In this document: positions 50,925 to 51,857 of the stretch, piece after piece | Layout: every line of letters begins with the position of its first letter | Numbering within the stretch: the stretch's first letter is position 1 | IMG/VR virus record: IMGVR_UViG_2925891887_000006 | Location: 1-51,857 of that record | Direction: 5' to 3' (one strand) | Origin: a virus | Taxonomy: Duplodnaviria > Heunggongvirae > Uroviricota > Caudoviricetes | DNA length: 51,857 bases | Notes under the pieces: model-generated | What the model was told of the DNA's origin: nothing | What the model saw: only the letters and a program-made list of their open reading frames with translations | Databases searched by the model: none | Made by a program: the position numbers and the translations under genes

Positions 50925-51857
50925 TTATGCTGGGTTTTTATCATTTTTCTTAATGTTTTCCGCACGTTCTGCTTTTTGGCGTGCTTCTGCTTTACGCTTG
51001 TTGCTCATGTCGTTACGAATCTGTGCATGACTCATTAACGCGAAGATAAAGGTGCCGCCGCAGATGTTCCCCGCTAAAGTAGGTAGTGCGAAGGGCCAGA
51101 TGAAATCGCTCCAGTGCAGCGTGCCGTTAAACACCAGATAGAGGATTTCAACAGAACCGACAACGATGTGGGTGGTGTCACCCAGTGCAATAAGCCAGGT
51201 CATCAATATAATCACCACAATCTTTGCCGCACCCGCAGCAGGAAACATCCAAACCATAGTGGCGATCAGCCAGCCGGAAATGATCGCGTTGGCAAACATC
51301 TCGCTGGGGGTGTTCTTCATCACATCCATGCCGATTTTGACAAATGCATCGCGAGTTTCTTCATTGAAGATAGGCATATATTCAAATGCCCATGCAGCAA
51401 TACCTGTCCCGAGAATATTACCCAGCAGCACGACGCCCCATAATCGCATAAGTAAGCCGACGTTGCTCATTGTCGGTTTTTGCATGACGGGTAGTACCGC
51501 AGTCACGGTGTTTTCGGTAAATAATTGCTGGCGGGCCATAATGACGATAATAAAACCAAAGGTATAACCGAGATTCTCCAGTAAGAAGCTGCCTGGCACT
51601 CCTTCCAGTTCGACATGAAATATCCCTTTTGCCAGTAGCGAAGCGCCCATCGACAGACCCGCCGCAATGGCTGACCACAGTAGCGCCATTGCGTCGCGTT
51701 CCAGCTCTTTTTCACCATCCTGGCGGATATGCTCATGAATTGCCATCGCCCGGGAGGGGAGTCGGTCTTCATCTATTTCTATTTTTTTGCCGCGCTCTTT
51801 TTCTTCGCTCTCAACTTCAATTTCGTCGCTGTGTTGATCAATTTTGTCGTTGTCCAT
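50925..51857 (-). CDS. yfdC: Inner-membrane formate/nitrite-transporter-family protein YfdC (host gene)
   Basis: 310-aa multi-TM ORF; matches E. coli YfdC as recalled and the known yfdC-argW-intS synteny. Confidence 0.8.
   Translation of the reverse strand: MDNDKIDQHSDEIEVESEEKERGKKIEIDEDRLPSRAMAIHEHIRQDGEKELERDAMALLWSAIAAGLSMGASLLAKGIFHVELEGVPGSFLLENLGYTFGFIIVIMARQQLFTENTVTAVLPVMQKPTMSNVGLLMRLWGVVLLGNILGTGIAAWAFEYMPIFNEETRDAFVKIGMDVMKNTPSEMFANAIISGWLIATMVWMFPAAGAAKIVVIILMTWLIALGDTTHIVVGSVEILYLVFNGTLHWSDFIWPFALPTLAGNICGGTFIFALMSHAQIRNDMSNKRKAEARQKAERAENIKKNDKNPA

Overview
Read by eye from the sequence and the supplied ORF track; no searches were run. The window is an argW (tRNA-Arg, anticodon CCU) integration hotspot holding two mobile elements in tandem, followed by host yfdC. 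(1) Positions 1..~10872 are the integrase-proximal part of a P4-like phage satellite, all on the minus strand: integrase, an AT-rich unknown gene, AlpA, an early operon ending in the alpha primase/helicase, alpha-binding octamer iterons, Sid, Psu, Ogr/Delta, and an AT-rich 401-aa cargo gene with a C-terminal HEPN-like Rx4H motif. That cargo gene sits where P4-like satellites carry anti-phage systems and is my best candidate for an undescribed defence function. (2) Positions ~10873..50789 are a complete mosaic P22-like/lambdoid prophage: TorI-type excisionase, a leftward early operon with HNH endonucleases and a Sak4/DUF669 recombination module, N-like antiterminator with matching nutL/nutR, cI plus a co-transcribed membrane protein, cro, cII, O-like initiator with ori iterons, DnaB-type helicase, nin region, lambda-type Q/PR'/tR'/S/R/Rz/Rz1, Rha, P22-type terminase to tailspike, and an IntS-type integrase next to argW. 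Other accessory or degenerate loci are the nin-region inserts, a post-coat moron, a degenerate immunity-I-like region before the tailspike, and a tRNA-like 3' half between tR' and S. All homology calls are from memory of protein families and need database confirmation.
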